Notes: generated by a model from the letters alone, not told the origin. 51,692 nt of DNA, filler included, from Basidiobolus ranarum (GCA_040143965.1; 2 parts of 2 records of this genome joined end to end with filler, not necessarily neighbours in it); one strand, 5' to 3'; shown: positions 25,190 to 38,651, counted from the whole stretch's first letter. Translations and numbers: made by a program.

Positions 25190-25845
25190 CTTTGTGGCGA
25201 TTAAATAATGTAAATAGTGTTAGATATCAAAGGAAATTACGACCAGCGTTAAATAAGTCAAGAGAATCTCGAGATAAGTCAGAGTAAGGTAAAGGCACGT
25301 TCATAATTCGAGGAACCCAACTGCAATTTAAGTCTCAATGGTATCCGAAGTGAAATCCTATTTAGGGAATTATGAAGTAAGACATTAGAAATGGAGCCAA
25401 ACAAAACCAATGGGAGATGGAGTCCAATATGCTTACTGTCACCAACTATCCATGAATAAACTCTCATGCTCGTGATCTAGTGTATGGTCAATTGCTGTCC
25501 ACTCCCTCAATCGCCGGCTAGCCATTGGTCCAATCTTAACCTAGTAAGGGAAGATACTATGAGGACATCTGACTGGTACAGGAGGGCAGCCATAAATATC
25601 ATTGAAAATAGACTGTGATTCCTCTTTTGTTGACTAAGCTTGGAAAGACTACGCGTGTACTTGGCTGGAAGTACTTTTATGAGAGAGGATAGAGTCAACT
25701 CACCAATACCTGTAAAGCTGGAAAGACTCACCGTTTTATCATTCCCAACACAAAGGGGTTTCTCCCAAGATCTTGTTTATGGATCAGGGCCTCTCGATCG
25801 CCGATCCGGATTTATCATAGATCCCACATATCTTGAATGAACCTT

Positions 25846-25945
25846 NNNNNNNNNNNNNNNNNNNNNNNNNNNNNNNNNNNNNNNNNNNNTTAATTAATTA
25901 ANNNNNNNNNNNNNNNNNNNNNNNNNNNNNNNNNNNNNNNNNNNN
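25846..25945. other. Assembly gap with artificial stop-codon linker
   Basis: 44 N + TTAATTAATTAA (25890-25901) + 44 N. Confidence 0.97.
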
Positions 25946-26637
25946 GAAAATCCCCCGAATACACAAACTTGAACAATACGACCAGGTCTCATTGAATAGA
26001 CCATATGCCGGAGATTTGCACCTATCTAAAGGTCCTTACATTGCTCCAACTCAATCAATATTCGTATATTATGGACGATGATGTACATTCTCATCAAAGC
26101 GATCAATTCATGTGAAAAAGTATTCATTGATCGTTCTGCGGAGAATGAAATTTCTTTACGTGGATAGTTTAAAGCCCAAAGGTACTGAGAACCAATATGG
26201 GCTTTGATATGTCCACAAATATTAAATCGAAGAATCATAATTGAATGCAGCCTGGATTTTATATCTTTACGGAAACATGGGATTTATTTTTATTAATTGC
26301 AAGTCATCACACTTATCTTCCGTAGCAACTTTTAATTGGTTTATGATTTAGACTGTCTAAATGCTTTCCATATATAAGAATCACAATGTTTATTTAACGC
26401 ATATATACATTTACTCAAATTACTTGGGTAACTCATTTATATCAGGTATGTACAAAGTGAGTACAATTTATGATTTTTACATCTTGCCTTTGCCTCAGAT
26501 CCATGAAAATGTATTCCAGACTATCCGATCCTAAATTTGACTTCAAATCTGGTGCGTATATCACATTTTATGCAAAACACTTGATAACGTTGGCTAGTTT
26601 TCTTGGCTCAATTAGCATTATACGTTAAACACGACTC

Positions 26638-29600
26638 ATGTCTTTTACAAGGCAGTTCAACTTTTTTGAGAAAGATGAGGTCAACGAAACCCCTTCCATT
26701 CTTCAGGTGAGTAATATACATCATATACAAACATTAAGCTTAAGTATTGAGGAAATTCCAACTACTCTCTTCAACAGAGTTCTAATTAGCTGACTATTTC
26801 TTATAGAAACCTGACATCCTCGTTCATTCTAGAGGCCGTGGATTAATTTTCGTAGCAGATATCCTTTTCATGGCAATTTATGAAATTATTGAACTACATT
26901 TTCATCACCTATTTATCTTAACTCTACCACACATAATGAAGGGTTTATACACATGATTGATCGCTCCTTTACTGTACGTTCGTGGCTGGCCTTTGAAACC
27001 GGGCGCGTGACACATATGAAGCACATGAAATATCAAAATATTTTAGTGACGATAGGCGTAAGTCCTATAAATATTCATATCTAGTGGTGTTAAAGAAGCG
27101 AAAACATGCCAGCTTCTGTTCGAATCTACTTAACTTTATATTTTTTAGGAAGATGACACTCCTGCTTCCAGTCCTTTGATTAAAATTTGGGACTTGGATA
27201 AGCATGATAAAAACAAACAAGATCCTCTGTGTGTCAAAACAACTAAAGTCAGCCAAGGAGGCAATCCTTTTCCGGTAATAGCACTTGGGATTGCTATAGC
27301 ATCTGTTATTATTTAATATATATAGTAGGTGATCAGCTAATATTTAGTCAATGGTTGCTAGGTCTCTAAATTTGCCGTGCTCGAGAGTATGTCTCAAATC
27401 GCTATTGGCTTGGCTAATGGTCAAGTAATTTTAATCCGTGGTGACATATCTCGAGACCGTTATACCAAGCAGAAAGTCGTTCATGAATGCCCTGAGCCTA
27501 TTACTGGTATGTACCAGTTGATTGATTGTTATCATTTAGCAGAACTCACACTAAACCCCAATGCTTTTAATGTTAGGTCTTGAGTTTCGAGAGGAAGGGA
27601 AAACCGTTGTTCTTTTCATTGTGACAACCAATCAAACCATCTCTTGTAACACTACAAACAAAGAAGTTAAAGTAAGATTTTATCTTTGCCATTTAATAAG
27701 CACGTTGTAAGTATGTTATTTAAAGGCTCGAGTCATTTTAGTTGATCCTAGATGATCATGGTGCTGCCCTTGGATGTTCTACACTTAGTGAGCCCAATAA
27801 TGATCTTATTGTTGGTAGAGACGAGGTATTTGATTCTTTATTTCCTATGGCTCCTCCGTTTCTAAACTGAAATTTCCTAGGCTATATATTTCTACGGACC
27901 AGATGGGCGCGGCCCTTGCTTCGCATATGAGGGTATATAATTAATTTCCCCCATGATGTTTGCGTAAAGTCTCTAAATTTCTTTATATTGTGCCATGATT
28001 TCAGGAACCAAGATATCCATCAATTGGTTTAAGAATTATATTATAATCGTCTCGCCTACACGTGCACCAACAAATAGCTCCAGCATTGGAAATGTTTATT
28101 CCTCCGCGTCTACGATTCTCTCAGAATTAAATCAAGTTACCATCTTCGATGTCAACAACAAATTCTCTGCATTCTCTGCCAGCATTACTTCAGGCGTTCG
28201 TGCAGTGATCTGCGAGTGGGATGGTGTTTTTATCCTCTCCGGAGATGGCAAACTATTTCGCCTCGAGGAGAAAGACACTCCCACTAAATTAGAGATTCTT
28301 TTCAAGCAGAATCTTTATATGCTTGCCATTGGACTGGCTAGAAGTCAAAAATATGATGAGAGTAGTATTGCCGAGATATACAAGAAATACGGCGACCACT
28401 TATATAGGTACTATCCTTCTTTCTTTACTTGCTCGTATACAGGAGACTAACCAGATTTGTCAGTAAAACTGACTACGATGGAGCCATGTCACAATATCTT
28501 AAGACCATCGGAAGGCTCGAGCCGTCTTATGTTATACGTAAAGTAGGTATCTAGTGTACAACTGTTATACTATACGTTCCCCCTAACCTCTGTGGTCTAA
28601 GTTCTTGGATGCTCAACGTATACATAATTTGACATCGTATTTGCAAGAGCTACACGCTACTGGTCTGGCCACTGCGGATCATACCACTCTCTTACTTAAC
28701 TGCTACACTAAACTTAAGGACGTGGCCAAACTAGATGAGTTCATCAAGGTATTCAAAATATATACACTTTCCCGAAAGGTAACATGCTCTTCTTTTATAC
28801 TTATTGCTTGTTTAGACCGACGAGGAGCTTCGATTTGATGTTGACACAGCAATTCGCGTTTGTCGTCAGGCAGGCTACTATGAACATGCATGCTACTTAG
28901 CGGAGAAATTTGAAGAGCATGATACGTAAGCGGTAGTCACTTGCATTTCGATGGCTGTTTTATTAAGTTCTTTTCTTCCTCGGTTCAGCTATCTGAAGAT
29001 ACAAATCGAAGATGTTAAAGATTATGTCAAAGCTTTGGATTATATTCGTAAATGTAATCATTTGGAGGTGAAATTGCATTTTATTTGATTGGCTTGTTAT
29101 CGTGCAATTAAATTCATCTATGGTACTTTTTTAAGGCTGACAAGCAGTTGAAGAAATACGGACGTACACTCTTGGACCAGGTTCCAGACGAAACTACAGA
29201 TCTGCTGATTGATCTTTGCAATGGCCAACACAACGCTGAGTTATCAGTACCTCCATCACCAGCACCCAATACAGCTAATCAAGGATTTACTTTTGCTATT
29301 AATGGGCCATTTAAGCGTAGCAGTACTAGTGGTCAAAATAGACAGCCATCTCGATCAAGATCAGTTAGTGGTACCAAATTGACCACATATCATCCACCAT
29401 CTCCAAGTGGATTTGTTAGCATCTTTGTTAACCATCCACAACAATTGATTACGTTCTTTGAAACCGTCTGTGAGAAGCGCTGGAAGAAAAAAATAGTCCC
29501 TTCGCTCACCGAGGCTCGTGACAGTATTGGGAAGCTTGTAATCAATGGTAAAGCGGTCATTGCTGATCCCACGATTAAACTAGATCGTGAGGAAGAGGAG

Positions 29601-30651
29601 AAGAAAGCAGTCTGGAACACTTTACTCGAGCTCTACTTGATAGATCATTCGAGCGCAAAGAGTCCCGATGATGATGAAATCCAAAAGCAAGAGCGTCGGG
29701 CAAAAGCCCTGGTTTTGTTGAAAGACCCTGAGGTATAGGTTCAAAAGAAAACTTCTATGTGTAAGCAAGTGCTGAGTAACCATTTCAAATTCACTCTTGC
29801 TTAGATCTCGTATGACATGGATCATGCATTTGTATTGGTTCAGCTATCTGCCTTTGACGATGGAATTGTGTATCTTTATGAAAGAATGCAAATGTATAGT
29901 GAAATACTGCAGTTTTGGATGGATCGAGATGAAATCAGTAAGGTTTTGGAGTCGCTTCGCAAGTTTGGGTATTCAACTTTGATTTCTAATGATACATACG
30001 AAACTTCTCATTAACATATCAATATCTATGGTGCACCTATTTAGACCACTTAACCCCGCTCTTTATCCCCAAACACTTACTTATTTTGCCTCTTCACCTG
30101 CCTCCTTATTAACGAACTCTGCAGAGTTGATGCAGGTCTTGGAGCATATTGATAAAGAGAACTTATTACCGCCTTTGCAGGTTGTTCAGGCACTTAGCCG
30201 TAACTCTGTTGCAACAGTAGGTGTTGTTAAAGATTACATTGGTCGTCGAATTGAAGCAGAAAAAAGACAGTGTGAAGATGATTCGAAACTGATACAAAGC
30301 TACAGGGCAGAAACAGAAAAGAAGAGACAAGAGATAGAGGATCTGCAGACCAATGCTCGAATTTTCCAAATGACAAAGTGTAGCTCCTGTGGAGGTGGTT
30401 TAGATCTCCCAGCTGTTCATTATCTTTGCCGCCATTCATACCATCAACGTTGCCTTAACGAATACGAAAAAGATTGTCCAAAGTGTGCCATCGACAATCG
30501 TATGGTCTTAGAGATTAAACGCTCTCAGGAAGAGAGTGCTGATAAACACGAACTGTTTCTCGCTCAACTTGAGGACGCAGAGGATGGTTTCGAAGTCATA
30601 GCTGATTATTTCTCCCGTAATACCATGTCCTTTACGAAGTTAGTAGAATAA
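26638..30651 (+). CDS. VPS11: HOPS/CORVET core subunit Vps11 (Pep5), about 15 introns
   Basis: MSFTRQFNFFE start, LIKIWDLDK, KYGDHLY, GRLEPSYVIRKFLDAQRIHNLTSYLQELH, DHTTLLLNCYTKL and a C-terminal RING (CSSC...LDLPAVHYLCRHSYHQRC...CPKC). Confidence 0.96.
26859..26932 (+). other. U12-type AT-AC intron in VPS11
   Basis: Starts ATATCCTTTT, has branch TCTTAAC at 26916-26922, and ends CACAC. Removal restores LIFVAD NEGFIHMI in frame. Confidence 0.9.
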
Positions 30652-30986
30652 TCATTGATACACCTCGTTAACACCATTTGAATATCAGTTTACATTAAAA
30701 AGAGATTTAATACGAAAAATCCATTTTCTTGATTAATTCTATGGGCCTAGTGTTAGAGATTTACATCTTGAATATGAGGAAATCTGAGAGTGAGGCCTAT
30801 TGTGGGGTGCGAATATGATATCATGATTGGAAATGATGATGGTGAGGTCATGGGTGAAAATGTCTGTTGGCGCATTAGGTAAATGAGATTATAAAGTAAT
30901 TTAACAATTATCAAGAAAATAGTATATCTTGTTTGGCACGATATCCTTGTAATTATTGAAGTTCCTTCTCTTTAAACTTAAACAAA

Positions 30987-33227
30987 ATGCCCAGTAACGG
31001 ATTCATTTTGGAGACTGTTCAAGGACAACAAAATGCGTTAGAAAGTTTATTGCGTAGTAGTGAGGAAGTTCGAAAAGCTTTGGATTTGTTCGAAAATGAA
31101 AGTGAAGTTTGTGCTACAGACTTATCAGAGTACTCTGACAGTAATGCAACGGAGACAATTAAGAGATTGTGGGATCAAGTACAAGGCCAACGTATTGGGA
31201 CTAGTAAACATTTGGTTCCTCTAAAAACTATCTTCCGCAGTTTAGAAGAGACTGCAGATATATTTGAGGTCAAAGAGAGTAAAGAAAGCTCTGGTCTAAT
31301 TCATTTAAAGTGGTCTTTCCTATCTCAGGTTGCCATCAACGTATATGCTCAGCTCTTGGAGAAACTTGTAACAGTTACCCTACCCTTATCAAAAGATATT
31401 ATGTACTGGGAGGAATGTCAAAGTTCACGCCTGTACACCTCAAATTATTTACTACAAAGTAAGTATTGAGTAACCTTCTGATAATTTTCAGGTATGCCAA
31501 TAACACCCACCTGTCTTTATATAATCTAGCTGGTCCTAGCCGTGTGTATCAGGTTATAAGGCAGTTATATTCCTCAGCAGAGCAAAACCCAAACGTACGA
31601 CTCTCATTATTTCCATCTTGGGTAAAGGCTCTACCTACACGTAATACTGGGGTTCTTCAACTGGCGAACAGAGAAATTGCTCATAAAATGACTCGACTAA
31701 AGATCATTCGCAAATATAACGCTGCTTGCTTAGGTTTAATGACCGAGCGAGGGCTGGATCTTAAGAGCCCGTATCAGGATATCGGAATGATGGAAAAGAA
31801 GCTATCTCACTTTTTAAAGTTAGTGAAGGCACTCTTGAAACAAGCTAGCTGTTTTGATTTCGACACTGAAGTGCCAGATATTAATGAGGTGATTTTCTCA
31901 GGTAAGATTAGCAAACATACAGTTGTCACATGTGCGAAGTTAACCCGATTGAATTTTTTGAGCAGTTGACGACCAGGCGCTTGAGTTGGTTGACGCTCAC
32001 CATTCGATTTGTGAGATACTCCATCTTCTGACCGCCTTTGAGGATCGTAACCACCAGGCTGTGATCGTTTATGGAAGGCCGAATTTGATTACCCGCTACT
32101 GGCTTCCAGTAACTATTGGATATACTGTGTTGAATGTTACAGCTTCCACGTTGTTTGCCCATAAAGTCAGTATTGAACTATGGATAAGAGAATCTCAAGC
32201 CACAGCTCGGGATTTCCTATTTGATTGGGTATTTGTCCCCATGAAACGGATCTGGGATACCATCCGGCACAAGGAGCAGCGCTTGACAATTATGGGGCCC
32301 GAGTCTCTTAATAGCGATTTCGAAGTTTGTTTGCACAGTTATTTCTCTCGACTCCCTAAACGTCAAATTCTAATGATTCAACTTCTACCACATAGTCTCT
32401 TGAGAGGATGGTTTTAACTTTTGCCAAAAAACACAGCCAGCTGGATGAATTCCAATTCAACGAGTTAGCTCAGCGGGTGAGAGATGGTGATCTCTCGGTG
32501 GTCTTGCGTAAATACGAGGAAGAGATTCAGGTATTTCTTGTATTCGTTTGAACTTCAGTAACTAGGCTAACCACTACCTGTCTCCTGTTAGAATCCATTC
32601 AAAAGCGCCATCTTTGGTAAGTTATCCAGGTGTGACAAAGCGGTAGAACCTTGACTCACAGTCTTAAAATTTAGGGGACCTTGTGCAAGCATTACTTATT
32701 CAAGTCCAAAAAACTAAAGTAGATGTTGAACTTGCCATGTCAGCCTTAGACAAATTGTTACGCTCCAATGAGTTAAACTTTGGTTTCATCGCAGTCATAC
32801 CTTCCTTGTTGATTGTATACGGAGTATTCCGATCCATCCGAAACTCTTGGAGAGGTCGTGAAGGATTGACGATGTCTAAAACCCATCAACAAATACGGGA
32901 TATTCTAAGGTTTTTCGCGCTGCTTTTCATGCATTAGATTCTCTCTACTTGGTTACTAAACTTGACTTCTATAGAGATGTAGAGCGCATTTTGAACAACC
33001 ATACTGGTCCAGAGTTGGCTCTTAATTTCCAAGCCCAAGGTCTACTGTTATGCGAGCTTCAACTCCTCAGAGTCTATGCGGATCGCATCCCCAAAAAGAA
33101 CCGACTAAGGCTTAAATTTTTAAGCGATGTACGTGAGTTGGAATCCACGAAATTTTCTGTCAGACAACGCTTGAATACGATGAATCGAATGTATAGAACA
33201 TACAAATTTTTGAAGCCTCAGATGTGA
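30987..33227 (+). CDS. NCA2: Nuclear control of ATPase protein 2 (mitochondrial), 6 introns
   Basis: RPNLITRYWLP, SDFESLERMV and LLIQVQKTKVDVELAMSALDKLLRSNELNFGFIAVIP match the NCA2 family. Confidence 0.9.
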
Positions 33228-33553
33228 TAACATCGGTATTCAAACTTTCATCACATTTTGGTTGTTTGCATTTTCATATTCACCCAAATTATTAAATGTC
33301 TGCTATCATGTGTAAAATATATGCATGAACGGCTGTTGGTCAATTCAATGACCAGTTTGTGCACTGAGACATTCATTCATCCTTATATCCTTCATTTATA
33401 TATGCCCACAAAATTCTAAGCAGTATGGTGGAGATGAAATTTTATGATGGCTTCATAGAATTCATTTTTCCATCAATAGTATGCAAAGAGCAGAAAATTT
33501 GGTTCAACTGCCTATGGTTGAAGTTGAAACAAAAGTCAATGCTACCTAGTATG

Positions 33554-34273
33554 TATGGAAATTAATATAGCCTAAACATCTATACAGTCATACATGGCCC
33601 AATATTTAGTCATTCCATACTTCCCTAAGATATCAATCACTACTCTCAATTAGTATTTGCTTAATATTGACACCAACTTTGAGTTCTCAGATATATGAAT
33701 TTTCAAACTTGTCCTAGAAGCCCCAAACTTAGCACACATGTTTTTGAGACCTTCCTCAACACATTCTAAGCATTTGTTTACTTACCTTTTGACAAAATTA
33801 TAAATGTCAACTTTCCACTCAATACATCAATAAGTGAAAACCACCAATTCTTCTAGTTCTCCAAACTACTTCCAACAAACTCCCAAATTACTTCAACATC
33901 CCCAACTTCTCAAGTACCCAAGTAACATCACCTATTGTTATTCTTGTTAAAGTATTTAGGGAGCCTGTTTGAAGTGGTTTGAAGAAGTTGAGAAATCGGT
34001 GGTTTTCACTTATTGATTTATTGAGTGGAAAGTTGACATTTATAGTTTTGTCAAGAAGTAAGCAAACTAAAGTAAAGAATGTGCTAAGAAAGGTTCCAGA
34101 ACCTTGTGTGCAAAGCTTGGGGCTCCTAGCACAAGTTTGAGAATCTATATACCTGAGAACTTGTAAGGAAATTCCTCTTGAGAATAATGGGTGATATCTT
34201 AGTTCAATATATGATAACTAAATACTAAGCTATATATACCTATATAGGTACTTAGGCAATGCTGTTTTTAACA
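33554..34273. repeat. Inverted (tail-to-tail) pair of the same ~345-bp element: about 33554-33898 (+) and 33945-34273 (-)
   Basis: Same internal blocks as 9515-10893. The plus copy ends TACTTCAACA. The minus copy runs TGTTAAAAACAGCATTGCCTAAG...TACTTTAACA. Confidence 0.85.
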
Positions 34274-36760
34274 ACTCCTTCTTTAATGATAACCTAAGTA
34301 TAACTTATTTCATTGCAGTCAAAAACCAAGTGCAAATGACACACTTCTTTGAGCTAGAATAAATACTTACATTTTAGATAAAGAATAATGACAAAGTTTG
34401 TTATCATTTTATATATTTCAGATTAAGCATAAATCTCTATTTTAAGCTCTGTAAATCAAGGGCACAATCACAAATCTCTTCCAATAATATGAACAATTAG
34501 CATCATTTCTCAAAAATTGCAACACTAGGCATGACATTCCTGTACAATATCCAAAGTTTGATGTGAAAGTATTTTTTCCATGTCCATAATGAATAGTACA
34601 GATCTGTCATTATGGTCAGCTCTGTCTTCAATTCTATACCCCTCTACTATACCTATATGCAAAATTTGTTGCAAGCATTAAGGGTGAGTTTCAAGCGTGT
34701 AAGAGTAGAATATAAGACTAATATTTCATTAAATTTCAATGTAAAATTGATGCACACTTGATGAAAGCAGAAAAATCACAAAGTCTATTGGCGCGTTTCG
34801 GAAGAGCATGAAACTTTGGCCGTTTCTGAGATACAAAGTATATGCTATGATTTTCCCTTGTCCAATAAACAATAAAACACATTAAATGCTTCAAGCATCA
34901 TATATGAACTCTGATATTTAAACTACTATCCTTTGGGTATAGATATATTGATTGCTATAATAAGTATAAATCTGATAAAATCGTGAAGTCTTTGATAATG
35001 TGAGAGTATTAAGGTTCATTGGTTTATCGCTATTGATATTGCCAACTATTTCTTATCACATATACTTTATACATGCATATCGAATATATTGGGATCAGCA
35101 CAGTGGAACTTCAAATTTCAAAGTCATCCAAGTACCTCGCATGCAAGCTCATATTACTTTCATCAATCCTTTTAATCTAACCCAACTATATATCTAGTAT
35201 ATTGCTTTGTAAAGTGTGAGAGCAAGGAATAAATATCTCTCCAGTTGATAATTTCTTTGCTGCTTAAAAACCCTCAATATCTATTAAATAAGTTAACCAA
35301 ACTCAACTTTCTACCTGATCAACTTTGAAAATAATGGTTGGTGATTTTCTTAATCACATAGCCACCATTATAGTCTGGGAAGCTGCTACATCATAAACTT
35401 AAACCAAGGTTTGATAGCCTCTGGCCTGATGGAACAAGTCCATGCCATCGAGTGATCACCTCGAACCAGAGTGAATTTTCTTCCCAGACTGTTGAGTCTA
35501 GTATATTATATGGTATCTCCAGAGCTAGCTTAAAATTTGCATATTTCACCACTAAAACTAATTGCTGAATTTTGAGAGTATGACTTGTTCTTTGCCTGAT
35601 ATCGAATCAAACACTGCTGTGAAAAAGAAAATTCATCGGTCACTTGCTCTTGGATTAGCTACTGAAGCGAAAAATCTGTGCAAAGGAGGCTGAGTATTGA
35701 TGAAAGAATACGCCATATATCTGAAAACTCTTTGGCATATCCACTTTATCTTCGAAGTTCAAAATGGAAATACTACAACAATTAATATAATTAAACATCA
35801 AGTTACTTCAAATCTCGCGAAGAGACCGCACGCACAATAACGTAAACTGGTCTGACAAAACTAATCGTTTTGGAATAACAGAGACTGCTGCCACCCAAAG
35901 AACTGACTTACATTGCCGTAGAACCAATCCGTTTAGTTCCACTACTAAATCTTATGGCCGATACTACGCAACCATTAGTTTGCAACAACAAAAAGTTACA
36001 CAAATTAATAATGCACTTCGAATTTAGAGGATTTTCCCTTAATTGCCCCATGTTGAACAAACATTGAGAGGAATACACTAAAATGATTCAACGTCTCCAT
36101 CTTGTATCAACTTTGAATCGAATTCATTTTCGAACGGCCCAATCTACCTTTTCGCTTCATCTATATAATGGATTCTTATATGTACTTTCTCCTTAATATC
36201 TGATACTCTTGTCTACTGACTTGACATCATATTGTGTTACAGCAGTTATACCATAAGAATCTGTGGTCTATCATAGCCTAAGTTCGAGCAAAATTGAAAA
36301 ATGTGGGTGTTTGATTCTAGCATTAATGGCGCACTTTTATAGACGTATTCTGACCACTGGATGAATCTGATAACTGATGAAGATTTCAACTAAGCACATC
36401 AAACCTGCATAAACCTGTAATTTCCCCAATTTAGGTCTATTATTTCACAATCAACGGGGCACCATCCTTTTATTTCCAGTCGCACGAAATCTGATTTCTT
36501 CGTTTCAATAATGGAATCTACAAATCTCGAGCAGTAATTACAACCCCTCATACAAACATATCACTTCTTGAATAGCTTCTATGATGGAACCAATTTTCGG
36601 GGATTATGAACACATGTCCTTCGAGTCTCTTTAATTCAGAAAATCATGGGTATGAGTTTAGGTTGAAAGTGGAAAATGAGGAAAAATAAGATTGCTGTAT
36701 TTGTCGGGATTTCTCGTGGTTTCTGGCTATGTAGTTTAAGGTGAAAGATGAACATTTTAG

Positions 36761-36982
36761 TTAGGGAGCCGGTGTGGAATCTACTTCGCCATGTATTGAG
36801 CTAACGATTGATGACTTTGGTACTTCCACCATTTGCTCTTCCTCCGCATACATATGCATACGATCTGAAGCTGGGCAAGGCAATACAGTTGGTGCGGCAA
36901 CGGTGAACACGGAACCAACAGCTACTGAAAAGAACAAATACGAAGTGATTCGTTGTCGTTGAGCACACGATAGAGTTCTCAT
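36761..36982 (-). CDS. COA2: Cytochrome c oxidase assembly factor 2-like small protein
   Basis: 73 aa with a basic N-terminus, a hydrophobic segment and a VLPCPA motif, as recalled for yeast Coa2. Confidence 0.6.
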   Translation of the reverse strand: MRTLSCAQRQRITSYLFFSVAVGSVFTVAAPTVLPCPASDRMHMYAEEEQMVEVPKSSIVSSIHGEVDSTPAP

Positions 36983-38101
36983 ATTACGTTTCTGACTTAT
37001 TCAACTGTATCCTTTTTCTCCAATATGTTGTCTCTTCACGTACTGTAAAGCTGTCCTAGAAAAATGAAAGAAGTGCCCCCAAAAGAAAAGATTCAAGGTT
37101 GGAACGTTGTCAGAGTGTAACGCTTGCTAATCTACTCTCTATTTTCCAATTAATTGGGGTCTTTATCACACCAATAAGATCTACTAGTGCCAGAAATTCT
37201 TGGGGCTATATCTCCGCGGAATTCCCTCAATCACAAATCATATGCAACTGAAAAATTAATTTGGCCTGCTTTATTTCTTGAGAAACAGTTCTGTTTATAT
37301 TATCGTTTAAGCTAAGCGAAATTACTAACCACTGTATGTTTTCATCGAAGATATTGAAGTTCTTCTTTCAAAGATGCAGCCCATCCAAACTAAACAACTG
37401 GAATAATACTATTTACTTGATTGTTATTATGAGTAAAGTGGAGAATTTATAAAATATTTGGAACATATTTCTACATAGTACCTAGTCCGTGAGTTCAAAC
37501 TCATTGATAGTTAAGGTAACAAGATGCAAGAACTCTAGAAAAGAATTAACCGAGACACGTAACATTCGTACAGTATGGCATTGAAAAGAGCTAAAAAAAA
37601 CTGTTCATTTAAGTAAAGTTTCTTTTGCATTGAACGAACTGCCACTTACACTAAGAGTTGGTTATCTTTGACCTCAAGCTCACGTAGAACCTGATCTTCC
37701 TTCAATTCTTTGTCAACATTGAGTGTACGTTTGGCAATATCAGCTTGTTTAGGTGACTCGAAAGTAAAAGTAAGATTCCTACGATGAACTGTATTAGTAA
37801 TAATTCTAGGAAGAGTTTAATGAACTTTCAAAAGCTTGACATACATGGAGTGTTCCCAGTTTGTAGTAGACATGATTATCGAGGTTCTATGGTCGTAAAT
37901 AAAACAAGCTTGGAAAGTACACAAAAATATCAAGTCAAGTTTCTCCGATTACAAGTAAAGAATATGATAAAATTACTCCAGAAAAAAACCATGGAAAAAG
38001 CATAATTGATAGTAATATGATGAAAATTAGTACCTGTGATTTTAATTATTAACCCAAAATTACTGAACGCGGCTAATCTGACCATCCTCTTTGCACTCAC
38101 C

Positions 38102-38651
38102 ATGTCACTTCCCGTATTTCACATTCGTCAAACACTAACGCACGTAACTATCTTAGTTGACGTTCCAGAAATACAGGAGGAGTCCATTCAAGTAAAAAAT
38201 GACAGAAACCATGTGAGTTCTTACTATAGTGATATCGATCTAGATAAAGTTACTAACTCGAATCAGATAGATTTGACCTTCGTCGATGCAAATGAACACT
38301 GCTACTCGCTTCCTTTAGATTTTGATCGAGAAATAGAACCTTCTGGGATAAAAACCAACGTTTGCCAGGCTAATCTTATTTTACTTATCCAAAAGTTGCA
38401 TCCTGGTGAATGGACGGCAGTTTGTGGAGAACAGTACGGAAAAAAATACTTTCTGACAGAATCTCGTATACGAGAGCTGATTACTTGTGGTGAATTAGAG
38501 TGCCCTTGGGTAAGTTGGATGTTGGGATTTAACTTGTTTATGTATATGTATTGATTGTTGTTTATAGTCAATGTCGAACCTCCAAATATCTTCTGTTGAG
38601 GTAGATAGAAGTAATCCCGACGAAGCTTTGGAGTTTGAAGTCCGGTTTTGA
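38102..38651 (+). CDS. CS/p23-fold protein resembling the C-terminal domain of Kintoun/DNAAF2 (exons 38102-38212, 38267-38509, 38568-38651)
   Basis: CACCATG start. Introns GTGAGT..TACTAAC..CAG and GTAAGT..TAG. Protein PVFHIRQTLTHVTILVDVPEIQ...ANLILLIQK...GEW...KKYFLTESRIRELI...PW has a CS-domain pattern. Confidence 0.65.

Noticed and set aside
25279-25840. Short ORFs next to the gap, possibly a retroelement remnant
   Set aside because: No recognisable RT, RNase H or integrase motifs.
25890-25901. Palindromic TTAATTAATTAA inside the N run
   Set aside because: Artificial stop-codon contig linker. It is not biological, and adjacency across it is unproven.
37007-37016. GTATCCTTTT, a U12-like donor (also ATATCCTTG at 30941)
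   Set aside because: No flanking exon frames and no matching branch point or acceptor found.
37489-37504. GTGAGTTCAAACTCA resembling a tRNA T-arm
   Set aside because: No D-arm, anticodon arm or acceptor stem could be built.
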